DNA of 64,000 nt, from positions 3,776,001 to 3,840,000 of the forward strand of contig CBDETK010000013.1 of the NCBI GenBank assembly GCA_965242865.1. Direction: 5' to 3'. This document shows positions 1 to 9,323 of the stretch, in pieces. Position 1 is the stretch's first letter; each line of letters opens with the position of its first letter. Origin of the DNA: Candidatus Latescibacterota bacterium (GTDB taxonomy: Bacteria; Latescibacterota; UBA2968; UBA8231). Below the pieces are notes generated by a model. That model had not been told where the DNA came from. It saw only the letters and a program-made list of their open reading frames with translations, and did no database searches. The position numbers and the translations under genes were made by a program.

Positions 1-1
1 T

Positions 2-175
2 GTGCGGCGGGCCTGCTACCGCTTTGATTACCTGCCGCAGCCGCCCACCGCGCGCCAAAAGTGCTTCGACACGTACGAGGCCCTTGCGATTGAGGCGACA
101 CCCGCCCGCGACGCGCTCTGGGAGGTCAGCCTCATGCCGCTACAGACAACGGTGTGGCGGCTTTGCTTTAAGTGA
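2..175 (+). CDS. 3' end of a gene entering from the left edge (unknown product)
   Basis: Frame open from base 2 (VRRACYRFDYLP...TTVWRLCFK) to TGA at 173-175, followed by RBS GGGAG and the next gene on the same strand. Confidence 0.5.
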   Translation: MRRACYRFDYLPQPPTARQKCFDTYEALAIEATPARDALWEVSLMPLQTTVWRLCFK

Positions 176-210
176 CATCTGTTTCTAACCTCAACTAGGG
201 AGAACGCATC

Positions 211-1020
211 ATGGCGAAAATCGGCGCGATTCACTACAACTGGCCCGGCTGCGACTTAGAGGGCTTCGCCCGGCGAGCCAGCGAAATCGGCTATCGGTAC
301 TGCGAGTTGCAGATCGGCGATATATGGGATGGCGAGTCCAAAAACGGCGAGCAGACGGCCGCGGCCACGCGCGAGTTATTGGCCCAATACGGGATGCAAG
401 CCTCGGCTGTCGCGGCGGGCAACGACTTTTTGCAAGCTGACCGTGGCGACTTAGACGCGCAAATTGAGCGCTACCGCTACGTCTGCCAGATCATCCCCCT
501 AACCGGCACGGACATCGTGCGCTCGGACGGCGGCTGGAACCGCAACGGCGGTGTGCCAGAAGATTACTGGGACGGGATGTTGCTCGAAGCCTTCAAACGC
601 TGCGCCGATTTTCTCGAGAAGTACGATGTGCGGATTGCCCTCGACAATCACGGAGTTTCCACCAACGATGGCGACTGGCAACTCAGCCTGATCGAGCGGG
701 TTGGCTCGGACCGGCTCGGCGTCAACTTGGATACGATGAACTATCGCTGGTTCGGGCACGAGTTGGACCAAATCGACCGCTTCTACGAAATACTGGCACC
801 GCACGTTTTCCACACCCACCTAAAGGACGGCACGGGTGCGCGGCAAAATTACAAGGGGGCAGCACTGGGCGAGGGCGAAATCCACCTCGGCCACGCGGTC
901 GAGTGCCTCAAGGCGGCTGGCTACGACGGGGCTTGGACCGCGGAATACGAGGGACCGGAGACCGAGGGACAGGTGGGATACGAAAAGTGCTATCAATGGC
1001 TGGTGGAGAACGTGCCCTGA
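211..1020 (+). CDS. Sugar phosphate isomerase/epimerase (xylose isomerase-like TIM barrel, AP_endonuc_2)
   Basis: Motifs ALDNH, VNLDTMN, HTHLKDG, LGEGEI, GYDGAWTAEYE; RBS upstream. Confidence 0.85.
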   Translation: MAKIGAIHYNWPGCDLEGFARRASEIGYRYCELQIGDIWDGESKNGEQTAAATRELLAQYGMQASAVAAGNDFLQADRGDLDAQIERYRYVCQIIPLTGTDIVRSDGGWNRNGGVPEDYWDGMLLEAFKRCADFLEKYDVRIALDNHGVSTNDGDWQLSLIERVGSDRLGVNLDTMNYRWFGHELDQIDRFYEILAPHVFHTHLKDGTGARQNYKGAALGEGEIHLGHAVECLKAAGYDGAWTAEYEGPETEGQVGYEKCYQWLVENVP

Positions 1021-1030
1021 GCGATCGCGT

Positions 1031-1052
1031 ATTCCCGTGAAAACGGGAATCC
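1031..1052. repeat. REP/dRS3-like palindrome ATTCCCGT-GAAA-ACGGGAAT(CC)
   Basis: Perfect 8-bp stem with GAAA loop between convergent genes; resembles the ATTCCC-N8-GGGAAT extragenic repeat class. Confidence 0.65.
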
Positions 1053-1089
1053 AGTGGGGCCTGCACACAGAGTCTTCAGACCTTTGAGC

Positions 1090-1209
1090 CTACGACCCCG
1101 CCCCCTGATACGACCTGATCCCCAGCTTCCAAAACTGGTAGGTTGCCGCAAACAACAGGATCGCCACCAGCGGCGAGAACGCACCCCAATGGCCGGAAGT
1201 TGGGAACCG
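1090..1209 (-). pseudogene. 3'-terminal remnant of an ABC-2 family (DUF990-like) permease
   Basis: Manual translation ...HWGAFSPLVAILLFAATYQFWKLGIRSYQGAGS* matches the typical SP..hydrophobic..W..G...Y.S/G.GS C-terminus; the rest of the gene is absent. Confidence 0.6.
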
Positions 1210-1217
1210 GGCGCGGC

Positions 1218-3335
1218 TCAAAAGTTTGACATGTAGCTAATTTTCGTCAGCAACACGCGCTCCACGGCCTCGTCCTTGGCCCGGTGTTCGTTGTACGCGA
1301 TGTAGAACCGGCTGTCGTTGACGCCAAACCTGTAACTCAAAAGAAGATTGAGATCGAGGGTGTCCTCGTGGAAGCTGCGCTGAAAAAAGCTGCGGACGAA
1401 CACGTCGCGCTGGAAGAAGTACGTCGTCCGCAGCAACAGGACGCGCTTGACTTCGTCTAATGCCCCGGAAGGGAAATACTCCCACACGGATTCCGCGCTC
1501 GAGTCGAAAAAGAATCCCTTCCCCAAGTTGAAGCGCAGCAGCCCGGATACGCGCCGGATGTCGCCCAAGTATGCGTCAGCAAAGTCGTACTGATCGCGGA
1601 GTTGGCCGATGAGGCGAAGGCGGTATTTGCGCCCGTTGCCGGTGTCAAAACCAGCTTCAAACGAATCGCCATTGTACGTGCGTTGCTGCCACCGCAATTG
1701 CCAATTCTCATGGGTGAACCACGCCCGCGAATCGTCCCAGCGCCGCACATACAAATCGACGTTGCTCCACTGCCATTCCCACCCCTGTTCGTTGGTTCGC
1801 TGCTCGGCGGTGAATGCCTGCCCCAAGTAGATTTGCTTAATGCCGAAAAACGGCGGACGCAGCGCGTAACTGCCATCGACCCCGAACTCTCGTTCCCCGA
1901 CATCGGCGTCGTGCGGGATAAAGCCGATCTGATCGACGTTGAACCCCGGGTCAATCCAAGACGCCCAAGCCCGGAAGGGCCAGCGGTCGGAATTTCGCGT
2001 CAGGCGGCCGGTGTGCATTTTGTTTTGCTCGCCGACATCCGCGCCAAAGCTCATAGCCGAACCGAGGAAGAGCTTGGCGTTTTCGGTCAGGCTCAACACG
2101 AGGTCGCTGCCGATGGCCTGCTGCCCTAGACTGTCATCCCTGCCGACCGCTAACGCGCCGATAGAGGAGTTGACCCCGAGGTCGCGCTTGAGGCGCAAGA
2201 CGCCAAAATGCGGCTTGGTTCCATCCTCTTGGCGGTTGCGCGCCGCAATTAGGCCGAGGCTGTTCTTGCCGATCTTACCCGTTATTTTGCTGCCGACATC
2301 CGGGTCGCTAATCCGGCGACTGTAAAAGAGATCCATCGGCGTAAAGAGCGTTTGCCCTTCGAGGAAGAAGGGCCGCTTCTCTCGGAGGTAGAGTTCAAAC
2401 CGCGTCAGGTTGATTTGGCTTTCGTCGGCTTCGATGTGGGCAAAGTCCGGGTTGAGGGTCGCGTCGAGGGTGAGGTTGGAGGCGATGCCGTACTTCAGGT
2501 CGATCCCCAAGTCGCCGGCCCACCCTTCGGCGGGCTGATCGCGCCGCTTTTCGTAGCGCCCGGTCACATAAGGCCGGGTCTCTAAGTGCAGCCCCTGTTT
2601 GATGCGACCAATGCCGTGGAGATGGCCGGCCTTGGACACCGTTAAGAGGTAGCGGACGTCTCTGGAGATAAACGCCCAGTTGCTGTTCTCGGTCCCGGTC
2701 CGGGCGATGCGTTGGACGTTGAGCCCCCACGTGTGCTGTTCGGATTCGGGGAAGCGCAGGGTCTTGAACGGGATGGCGAGCTCGGCACTCCAGCCGCGGT
2801 CGTGGCGGTGGGTCTCGGCCTGCCAGACGCCGTCCCAGTTCTGGTCGATGCCGCCCCAGCCGCCCGCCCCGTCGTCTTGGACGCGAAAATCGTTTTGGAT
2901 GCCATAAGCGTTTATGTAGAAGCCGTAGGCGTTTTGGTGATCGTGATAGGTGTCTAGCACGAGGCCCACTAGATCGAGGGGTGCGAACCGACCATCTCGC
3001 TCTACCATGCGCCCTGCTATGTTACTGGGTTCCTCGTCTAGCATGTCGAGGCCGATGTACAGGTAATCGGCGTCGTATAAGACGCGGATAAAGGTTTGGT
3101 TGGTGGCGGCGACGCCCTCATGGGGGTCGATCAAAATAAAGCCGGTCGAAGGGGTGGCGATCGCCCAGCATTCGTCGTCTAGAGCACCATCTACTTTCGG
3201 TGGGATGTGCGTCTTGAAGGCGTCCATCTCTTTGTCGCTCTCGTGAGCCGGTGCAGCCGGTGCGACGATGAGCGCGGCTCCCCAGAGTAGAACCGCGAGG
3301 ACGCGCTTGGTTGCATAAGCTGGATTCGCTGTCAT
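1218..3335 (-). CDS. Secreted CBM9-like + DUF5916 outer-membrane beta-barrel protein
   Basis: GGAGGA RBS before ATG at 3335; signal peptide; PKVDGALDDECW, WSAELAIPFKTLRF, TLNPDFAHIEAD and EKRPFFLEG motifs; C-terminal Phe. Confidence 0.8.
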   Translation of the reverse strand: MTANPAYATKRVLAVLLWGAALIVAPAAPAHESDKEMDAFKTHIPPKVDGALDDECWAIATPSTGFILIDPHEGVAATNQTFIRVLYDADYLYIGLDMLDEEPSNIAGRMVERDGRFAPLDLVGLVLDTYHDHQNAYGFYINAYGIQNDFRVQDDGAGGWGGIDQNWDGVWQAETHRHDRGWSAELAIPFKTLRFPESEQHTWGLNVQRIARTGTENSNWAFISRDVRYLLTVSKAGHLHGIGRIKQGLHLETRPYVTGRYEKRRDQPAEGWAGDLGIDLKYGIASNLTLDATLNPDFAHIEADESQINLTRFELYLREKRPFFLEGQTLFTPMDLFYSRRISDPDVGSKITGKIGKNSLGLIAARNRQEDGTKPHFGVLRLKRDLGVNSSIGALAVGRDDSLGQQAIGSDLVLSLTENAKLFLGSAMSFGADVGEQNKMHTGRLTRNSDRWPFRAWASWIDPGFNVDQIGFIPHDADVGEREFGVDGSYALRPPFFGIKQIYLGQAFTAEQRTNEQGWEWQWSNVDLYVRRWDDSRAWFTHENWQLRWQQRTYNGDSFEAGFDTGNGRKYRLRLIGQLRDQYDFADAYLGDIRRVSGLLRFNLGKGFFFDSSAESVWEYFPSGALDEVKRVLLLRTTYFFQRDVFVRSFFQRSFHEDTLDLNLLLSYRFGVNDSRFYIAYNEHRAKDEAVERVLLTKISYMSNF

Positions 3336-3442
3336 CGCCGAGGTTCCTCCGTGCCTAGCGGACAAACTGCAAGGTGCCGAACACCGAGCGGTCGTAAAAA
3401 TTCCTACCGCCGCCGCCAGACCATACGAGAGTGGACTTTATG

Positions 3443-3482
3443 CCTTCTCCGAGAAGGTCGCAGTCGTCTATCTCAATGTCAA
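3443..3482 (-). promoter_or_regulatory. Putative operator palindrome CCTTCTC-C-GAGAAGG plus TTGACA -35 box
   Basis: 7-1-7 perfect inverted repeat at 3443-3457; minus-strand TTGACA at 3477-3482; the -10 region is poor and overlaps the palindrome. Confidence 0.35.
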
Positions 3483-3539
3483 AAAGTATTTTCCGGCCGA
3501 TGGTAGTTCGACGTCTAGTGCTGCAGTTAAGAACGCTTT

Positions 3540-4073
3540 TTAGGCGAAAGTTCTGGCACTGCTGACGTGCAGGGAGGCGAGAAAGTCCTCGATCTCTCTC
3601 TCATTTCTCACGATGATTACCTTTATACTTTCCGGCCAGCAGCGGATGTGCGCGTAAACTTGTCGGCGCCATTTCCCGTGGTGGGTGAGCCTGCGAAAAA
3701 GAAATCCTAGCTCAAGTCTCTCGGGGCATCCCGGGGCTATCTCAGTTTGCTTTTTTCCCCGTTTTGACAATATGATTCTCTTCAGCGCACGCCAGAAACA
3801 CACGAGTCTGGGGATGTCAAGATAGACGACGGTGTCTGCTCGCATCAGTCTCGTGCTGAGACTCTCGCTGTAATTTCCATCCATGATCCACGCCTCCTCC
3901 TTCACCAACTCGGACAACAGTATTTGCCACTCGGATTGCTTTGGCCGTTTCCACCCAGGCCGCCAGTATATAGCATCCAGATGGACGACGTTGATGCCTA
4001 GTGTGGCACCCATCCGCTGGCTAACCGTGCTCTTACCTGCACCCCCCGGACCGAGGACTAGGATTCTTTTCAA
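3540..4073 (-). CDS. FlaR/topology-modulation-like P-loop kinase (adenylate kinase fold)
   Basis: GPGGAGKST, VHLDAIYWRPGW, WIMDGNY, ADTVVYLD and PGCPE motifs; TTG start. Confidence 0.85.
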   Translation of the reverse strand: MKRILVLGPGGAGKSTVSQRMGATLGINVVHLDAIYWRPGWKRPKQSEWQILLSELVKEEAWIMDGNYSESLSTRLMRADTVVYLDIPRLVCFWRALKRIILSKRGKKQTEIAPGCPERLELGFLFRRLTHHGKWRRQVYAHIRCWPESIKVIIVRNEREIEDFLASLHVSSARTFA

Positions 4074-4083
4074 AGGGTATGAT

Positions 4084-4914
4084 TCAGAGTTTGATGACGG
4101 CGATGAGGATGCCAGTGATGGCGACCAAGGTCGTCATCGTCCACCTGAAGTAGGCATCCATGCGCTTATTGGTCTCGTCGATGCGGCGGTGAACGGCTCC
4201 TATCTGATTGCGTAGGTCTTGGATTTGTTCACTCAACGAGCGGTTGGTCTCGTCAATGCGGTGGTGAGACGCTTGGATTTGTTCACTCAACGAGCGGTTG
4301 GTCTCGTCAATGCGATGGTGAGACGCTTGGATTTGTTCACTCAACGAGCGGTTGGTCTCGTCAATGCGATGGTGAACGGCTCCTACCTGATTACGCAGAT
4401 CTTGGATTTGCTCGCCTAACGAGAGATTGGTCTCGTCGATGCGATGGTGAACGGCTCCTACCTGATTGCGTAGGTCTTGGATTTGTTCACTCAACGAGCG
4501 GTTGGTCTCGTCGATGCGATGGTGAACGGCTCCTACCTGATTGCGTAGGTCTTGGATTTGTTCACTCAACGAGCGGTTGGTCTCGTCGATGCGATGGTGA
4601 ACGGCTCCTATCTGATTACGCAGATCTTGGATTTGTTCACTCAGCGAGAGCTTGGTCTCATCGATGCGCTGGTGAGCCGCTTGGATTTGTTCGCCCAACG
4701 AGCGGTTGGTCTCGTCGATGCGATGGTGAACGGCTCCTACCTGATTGCGTAGGTCTTGGATTTGTTCACTCAACGAGCGGTTAGTCTCGTCGATGCGATG
4801 GTGAACGGCTCCTACTTGATTACGCAGGTCTTGGATGTCTTCGCGCAGATAGCTGATGCCCCAGTGCAGGTCTTCGGAGATGGGACGAGGTTGAGGGGTG
4901 GGACTATCGGTCAT
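4084..4914 (-). CDS. Tail-anchored tandem-repeat coiled-coil protein (DUF1640/CCDC90-like architecture)
   Basis: AAGGAG RBS; short head, ten HRIDET-type repeat units, C-terminal TM segment RWTMTTLVAITGILIAVIKL. Confidence 0.8.
   Translation of the reverse strand: MTDSPTPQPRPISEDLHWGISYLREDIQDLRNQVGAVHHRIDETNRSLSEQIQDLRNQVGAVHHRIDETNRSLGEQIQAAHQRIDETKLSLSEQIQDLRNQIGAVHHRIDETNRSLSEQIQDLRNQVGAVHHRIDETNRSLSEQIQDLRNQVGAVHHRIDETNLSLGEQIQDLRNQVGAVHHRIDETNRSLSEQIQASHHRIDETNRSLSEQIQASHHRIDETNRSLSEQIQDLRNQIGAVHRRIDETNKRMDAYFRWTMTTLVAITGILIAVIKL
4168..4833 (-). repeat. Intragenic tandem repeat of 75-bp and 54-bp units
   Basis: Unit order 25,25,18,25,25,25,25,18,18 aa plus a partial unit; near-identical DNA core ttggatttgttcactcaacgagcggttggtctcgtc. 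Confidence 0.95.
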
Positions 4915-4971
4915 GGCAAACTCCTTGAGGATAGCAGGCTAAAAAGGAATATGGCGACGCAAGGGCAGTAA

Positions 4972-4988
4972 AGCAATCTATGTGCCAA
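4972..4988 (-). promoter_or_regulatory. Sigma54 (-24/-12) promoter
   Basis: Minus strand reads TTGGCACATAGATTGCT = TGGCAC-N5-TTGC(T) consensus, 57 nt upstream of the 4914 start. Confidence 0.7.
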
Positions 4989-5125
4989 CACCGATCTCTG
5001 AGTAAGGACGGCAATCCGCTAGCTCGATTCTGTATGCGTTCGCACACGCCGGTGGGTGCTTTTCGTTACACGCGGAGTCCGCGGGGTGCCTACGGTATCG
5101 CAAGGATCGAAAGTTAGGGCACGGC

Positions 5126-8100
5126 TCACCGAATTTGGCGAATCTGCTCAATTTTCTTGTCGAGCCGCTTGGGGGAGATCGGGTGGGCAGTGCCCAGCTC
5201 CTGAGCGAAGATCGAGACGCGATATTCCTCCAGCATCCAGCGCAATTCCTCGATTTGCACCGCTCGCTCGGGCGAATTGGCCCCCCCGGCGAGCTGTTCC
5301 AACTGGTTCTGGTACAGCGCGACCAACTCGGCCTTTTGCGCGTCCTTGCGCGGGTCGGTCGCAGCGCGCTCGGTACGCACCTCAACGGCCTTGAGGTAGC
5401 GGCGCAGATGGCTGAGACGGTGGAAGGGAACGCGGGCGAGGAAGTCGTCTGGCAACAGCCGCTCCAAGTCCGCGTCCAGCCCGCGATAGGCCCGGCCCGC
5501 AAGGCGGATTGCCCGACGAGCTTCGAGCAGACTATCGACCAAGGAGATGAAGCGCGGGGCCAAGCCGCGCAGTTGCTTCTTGGCCTGCTCCAGCACCGCG
5601 TCAAAGTCGCGTTGGCGCAGGGGTAGGATTTGCTCGCGGTGGAAGAGATAGCGCTCTAGATGTTCAAACGCTTGGGTTCGCAGTTCGAGGGAACTGCCTT
5701 GGTAGCGCGTCTTAAATTGCGCCAGTTCCTTGAGTTCGCGCCGCAGCCACGCTAGCTCGGCGCGCAACGCCAAGGCGCAGAGGCCCAAAAACCCTTCCCG
5801 CGAGCGGGCTTCGGCTTCGGCGCGGCTTTTGTAGAGCCGCAGCTCAATGCCGCCTTCGGCGCAGCAGAGGCCGGGCCACCCATAAAGCGGCACCCCGCCC
5901 GCTTGGGTCACCTCTACGCGCTCGGGCAGGTCGCCGAAATCCCAGGTAGTGATCCCTTCGCGTTCCCACTGTTGGGCCGCCTTTTTCCAAGCGTCGAGTT
6001 CAACGGGCGCGTCGTGCTGTTCGAGGCGTTGGGTCAGCTGCTGCAAATCGCGGCCGGCCGCGACGGATTGCTCGCCGGTCCCTTGAATCTCGACGCGCAT
6101 CTTGAGGTGGTTGGGCAGGTCGGCCGCGTTCCAGTCCGCCGCTTGGATTTGGACCCGGTAGTGCTGGCGAATGTGATCTTGCAGGGATTCCAAAAAGGTG
6201 GGATGCGTTGGCTTGAGCGCGGCCGCAATGCGCTGGGCCCTTGCGGGAATCGGCACCAGTTGCTTGCGGATGGACTTGGGCAATGAGCGCAGCAGGACGG
6301 TGATCTTGTCTTCGAGCAGGCCCGGCACCAGCCATTCGAGTACTTCTGGATCGACCGCATGGGCCAGCTTGTAGGGCAATTTGACCGTGACGCCGTCCTC
6401 GTCTTGCCCCGGTCGATAGGCGTAGCTCAGCGCTAGTTTTTTGCCGTCGAGGTCGATTGCGTCGGGGAAGGCCTGCTGGTTGAAATCGGCGCGAGGAGTG
6501 CCGAGCAAGTCCTCCTCCGCCATCAGCAGGAAATCGTCGGCTCGGTCTTTGAGGAATCGGTTGAGGTCGTGTAGCGAGGAAACATCGTCGAGACGCTGGG
6601 CATAAAAGCGGGCCGCGGCCTCTTCGACGTGGACATCGGCCAAGCCGCGGGCGCGGGTCTGCCAAGTTTCGATCTTCTGACACAAGCGAATGTTGTGCGC
6701 GAGAAACGGGTGCGGAGTATGCACCGCCCCGGGCACCAACGCCTCGCGAATGAATATCTCGGTGGCCTCGCGGGCGTTGATGCGGCTGTAGGGGATGCGG
6801 CGACTGAGCACTTCGAGGCCGTAGAGGGTCTGCTTTTCCCGCACCAGCACCCGTCCTGAGCGCGGGTTGAAGTAAGGCTGGTCGTACGAAGCGCGGCACA
6901 GGTGGCCGCCTAGCTCGGCGAGCCATTCGGGTTGGATGCGGGCAACCGTGCGGGCGAACAGGCGCGAGGTCTCGACGATCTCGGCCGCAACCAACCAGCC
7001 GGGGGGGCCGCCGCTGTTCGGCTTCTTTCTCTTGTTGGAGCGGAACAGCCCCGAGCCGGGAAAAACCAGCACCTCGCGGTTATGAGTTGCCTGATAGATG
7101 TTGCCCTCCTCTTGGCGCGCCACACTCGAAAGCAGGCCGGTGAGCACTGAGCGGTGAATCGCGTCGTACCCGGCGGGTTTTAGGTTGAAGCGAAAGCCTT
7201 TGGTTTCGCTCAGGGTCTCGCGGAGCTGCGAGTGGATGTCGCGCCATTCGCGCATCCGCAGGTACGAGAGGTAGTGCGCCTTGCAGAATTTGCGGAGCTG
7301 GTTCTGGGAGGTGCTTTCCACTTTGGCGTGGTAGGCGTTCCAGATGTTGAGATAGGCTAGGAAATCGGAGTTTTTGTCGTGGAACCGGCGGTGGGTATGA
7401 TCAGCCGCATCCTGCTCTTCGAGAGGCCGCTCGCGCGGGTCTTGAATGCTGATGGCCGCGGCGATGACGAGCACTTGGGAAAGGGCGCGCTCCTCGCGGG
7501 CTTGGAGCAGCATCCGCGAGACTGTGGGGTCAATGGGCAGGCGCGCCATGGCGCGGCCAATGGGAGTGAGGGCGCGGTTTTCGTCGAGGGCGTTGAGCTG
7601 GCGCAGGAGTTGGAAACCGCCGGCAATAGCGGCTTTGGTCGGGGGGTCGATAAAGGGAAAAGCCTCAATCGCTCCCAACTTGAGATGGATCATCCGCAGG
7701 ATAACTTCGGCGAGATTGGCGCGCTGGATCTCGGGCTGGGTGTATTCGGGCCGCGAGAGAAAGTCTTGCTCCGAGTACAGGCGAATGCACACCCCATCCG
7801 CGACCCGCCCACAGCGCCCCTCCCGTTGGCGGGCGCTGCTCTGGGCGATCGGTTCGATGGGCAAGCGCTGAGTGTGGGTGCGGGGATTGTAGCGCGACAG
7901 CCGCGCCAAGCCCGGATCTACGACGTAGCGGATGCGGGGGATGGTCAGGGAAGTTTCGGCGATGTTGGTGGCCAACACCACGCGGCGGCGGTCTCCCGGA
8001 GCAAAGACGCGCTGCTGCTCCCCGGCAGTGAGGCGGCCAAACAGCGGCAGGATCTCGACGCCGCGCAGCTTGCGCCCTTCGAGCCGCTCGCGGGTCTCGC

Positions 8101-9007
8101 GAATATCGCGCTCGGACGGCAGAAAGACTAAGAGGTCGCCCTGCCGCGACGTACGCAAAATTTCTTCTACTGCGCTGGCGGCCGCGTCCAAATACGTGTA
8201 GTCGCCGCGATCCTGCAGGAGCTCGTCGAGCGGCCAATAGCGGACCTCAACCGGAAACATCCGGCCCGAGACTTCGATGACCGGGGCGTCGTCAAAGGCT
8301 TTAGCGAAGGTTTCGGTATCGATGGTAGCCGAGGTAATGACGATCTTGAGATCGGGCCGCTTGCGGCGGAGGAGCCGCAAATAGCCGAGCAGGAAGTCGA
8401 TGTTGAGGCTGCGCTCGTGGGCCTCATCTACAATAATGGTGTCGTATTCGAGCAGATCGGGATCGGCTTGGGTCTCGGCGAGCAGCATGCCGTCGGTCAT
8501 GACCTTGATGCAGGTCTCGGGGGCCGTCTGGTCGCGGAAGCGGATTTTGCAGCCCACGTCGCGGCCGTAGGAGACGCCCAGTTCCTCGGCGATGCGCTGA
8601 GCGATAGAGAGCGCGGCCACGCGCCGCGGCTGGGTGACGGCGATGCGGCCGGCGTCGCCCCGACCGGCCGCTAAGCAAATTTTGGGCAGTTGGGTGCTCT
8701 TGCCCGAGCCGGTCTCGCCGGCGGCGACGACGACCGGGTGTGCTTGGACCGCCGCGAGGATTTCGTCCCGGCGGTCGCTGATGGGCAGCGCGGGTGGGTA
8801 GGTGGGGACAGGGCGATTTTCGCGTCGCTGCACGCGCAGGTGCGCCGAACTGCGCGCACGGCCTAAGAGGCACTCAACATCTTCGGAGCTAAGGTTCCGG
8901 CGGTTCAGGCTCCGTTCAATGCGCACCCGATCTTGGAGCATACACTGCGGCAGGAGGGTTTTAAGCGCAGTGACGGGGTGCGGTCTATTAGGCGATTGAT
9001 TCAACAT
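5126..9007 (-). CDS. hrpA: ATP-dependent RNA helicase HrpA
   Basis: GETGSGKST, TQPRRVAA, DEAHERS, SAT, TNIAETS and QREGRCGR motifs; C-terminal WMLEEYRVSIFAQELGT (DUF3418). Confidence 0.95.
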   Translation of the reverse strand: MLNQSPNRPHPVTALKTLLPQCMLQDRVRIERSLNRRNLSSEDVECLLGRARSSAHLRVQRRENRPVPTYPPALPISDRRDEILAAVQAHPVVVAAGETGSGKSTQLPKICLAAGRGDAGRIAVTQPRRVAALSIAQRIAEELGVSYGRDVGCKIRFRDQTAPETCIKVMTDGMLLAETQADPDLLEYDTIIVDEAHERSLNIDFLLGYLRLLRRKRPDLKIVITSATIDTETFAKAFDDAPVIEVSGRMFPVEVRYWPLDELLQDRGDYTYLDAAASAVEEILRTSRQGDLLVFLPSERDIRETRERLEGRKLRGVEILPLFGRLTAGEQQRVFAPGDRRRVVLATNIAETSLTIPRIRYVVDPGLARLSRYNPRTHTQRLPIEPIAQSSARQREGRCGRVADGVCIRLYSEQDFLSRPEYTQPEIQRANLAEVILRMIHLKLGAIEAFPFIDPPTKAAIAGGFQLLRQLNALDENRALTPIGRAMARLPIDPTVSRMLLQAREERALSQVLVIAAAISIQDPRERPLEEQDAADHTHRRFHDKNSDFLAYLNIWNAYHAKVESTSQNQLRKFCKAHYLSYLRMREWRDIHSQLRETLSETKGFRFNLKPAGYDAIHRSVLTGLLSSVARQEEGNIYQATHNREVLVFPGSGLFRSNKRKKPNSGGPPGWLVAAEIVETSRLFARTVARIQPEWLAELGGHLCRASYDQPYFNPRSGRVLVREKQTLYGLEVLSRRIPYSRINAREATEIFIREALVPGAVHTPHPFLAHNIRLCQKIETWQTRARGLADVHVEEAAARFYAQRLDDVSSLHDLNRFLKDRADDFLLMAEEDLLGTPRADFNQQAFPDAIDLDGKKLALSYAYRPGQDEDGVTVKLPYKLAHAVDPEVLEWLVPGLLEDKITVLLRSLPKSIRKQLVPIPARAQRIAAALKPTHPTFLESLQDHIRQHYRVQIQAADWNAADLPNHLKMRVEIQGTGEQSVAAGRDLQQLTQRLEQHDAPVELDAWKKAAQQWEREGITTWDFGDLPERVEVTQAGGVPLYGWPGLCCAEGGIELRLYKSRAEAEARSREGFLGLCALALRAELAWLRRELKELAQFKTRYQGSSLELRTQAFEHLERYLFHREQILPLRQRDFDAVLEQAKKQLRGLAPRFISLVDSLLEARRAIRLAGRAYRGLDADLERLLPDDFLARVPFHRLSHLRRYLKAVEVRTERAATDPRKDAQKAELVALYQNQLEQLAGGANSPERAVQIEELRWMLEEYRVSIFAQELGTAHPISPKRLDKKIEQIRQIR

Positions 9008-9068
9008 TTACAAGGAGTTACGGCGTTTGTGCTGGCCCGAAAAATGTACGGCCGGAGCCGCATAGTAG

Positions 9069-9323
9069 CAATACGAGAGCGAGGACGCCCTATTTGCCGC
9101 CAGCCTAGCTTGGAAAACCCATCGCAAGCGGCGAGGAGACGAATGGTGCTGTGCGGCATGTGAAGGGCAATGCGCTCAGTGTGGTGCGCGACTGCGCGGT
9201 CGGCAGCACATCGTCAGCGACTTTCTCATCGGCGCCCACGCCCTGCACCAAGCCGATCGGCTGTTGAGCCGAGATCGTGGGTTTTACGCGACGTACTTTG
9301 GGGAATTGACGCTAATGGCCTAA
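9069..9323 (+). pseudogene. C-terminal half of a PIN (VapC-like) toxin with CxxC..CxxC insert
   Basis: Frame lacking an N-terminal start: QYESEDALFAASLAWKTHRKRRGDEWCCAACEGQCAQCGARLRGRQHIVSDFLIGAHALHQADRLLSRDRGFYATYFGELTLMA*. DFLIGAHA..LL(S/T)RD is a PIN C-terminal signature; in-frame TAG at 9066-9068. Confidence 0.75.

Noticed and set aside
4168-4833. Possible CRISPR array
   Set aside because: The units are in-frame coding repeats (multiples of 3) with no unique spacers, and no cas genes are present.
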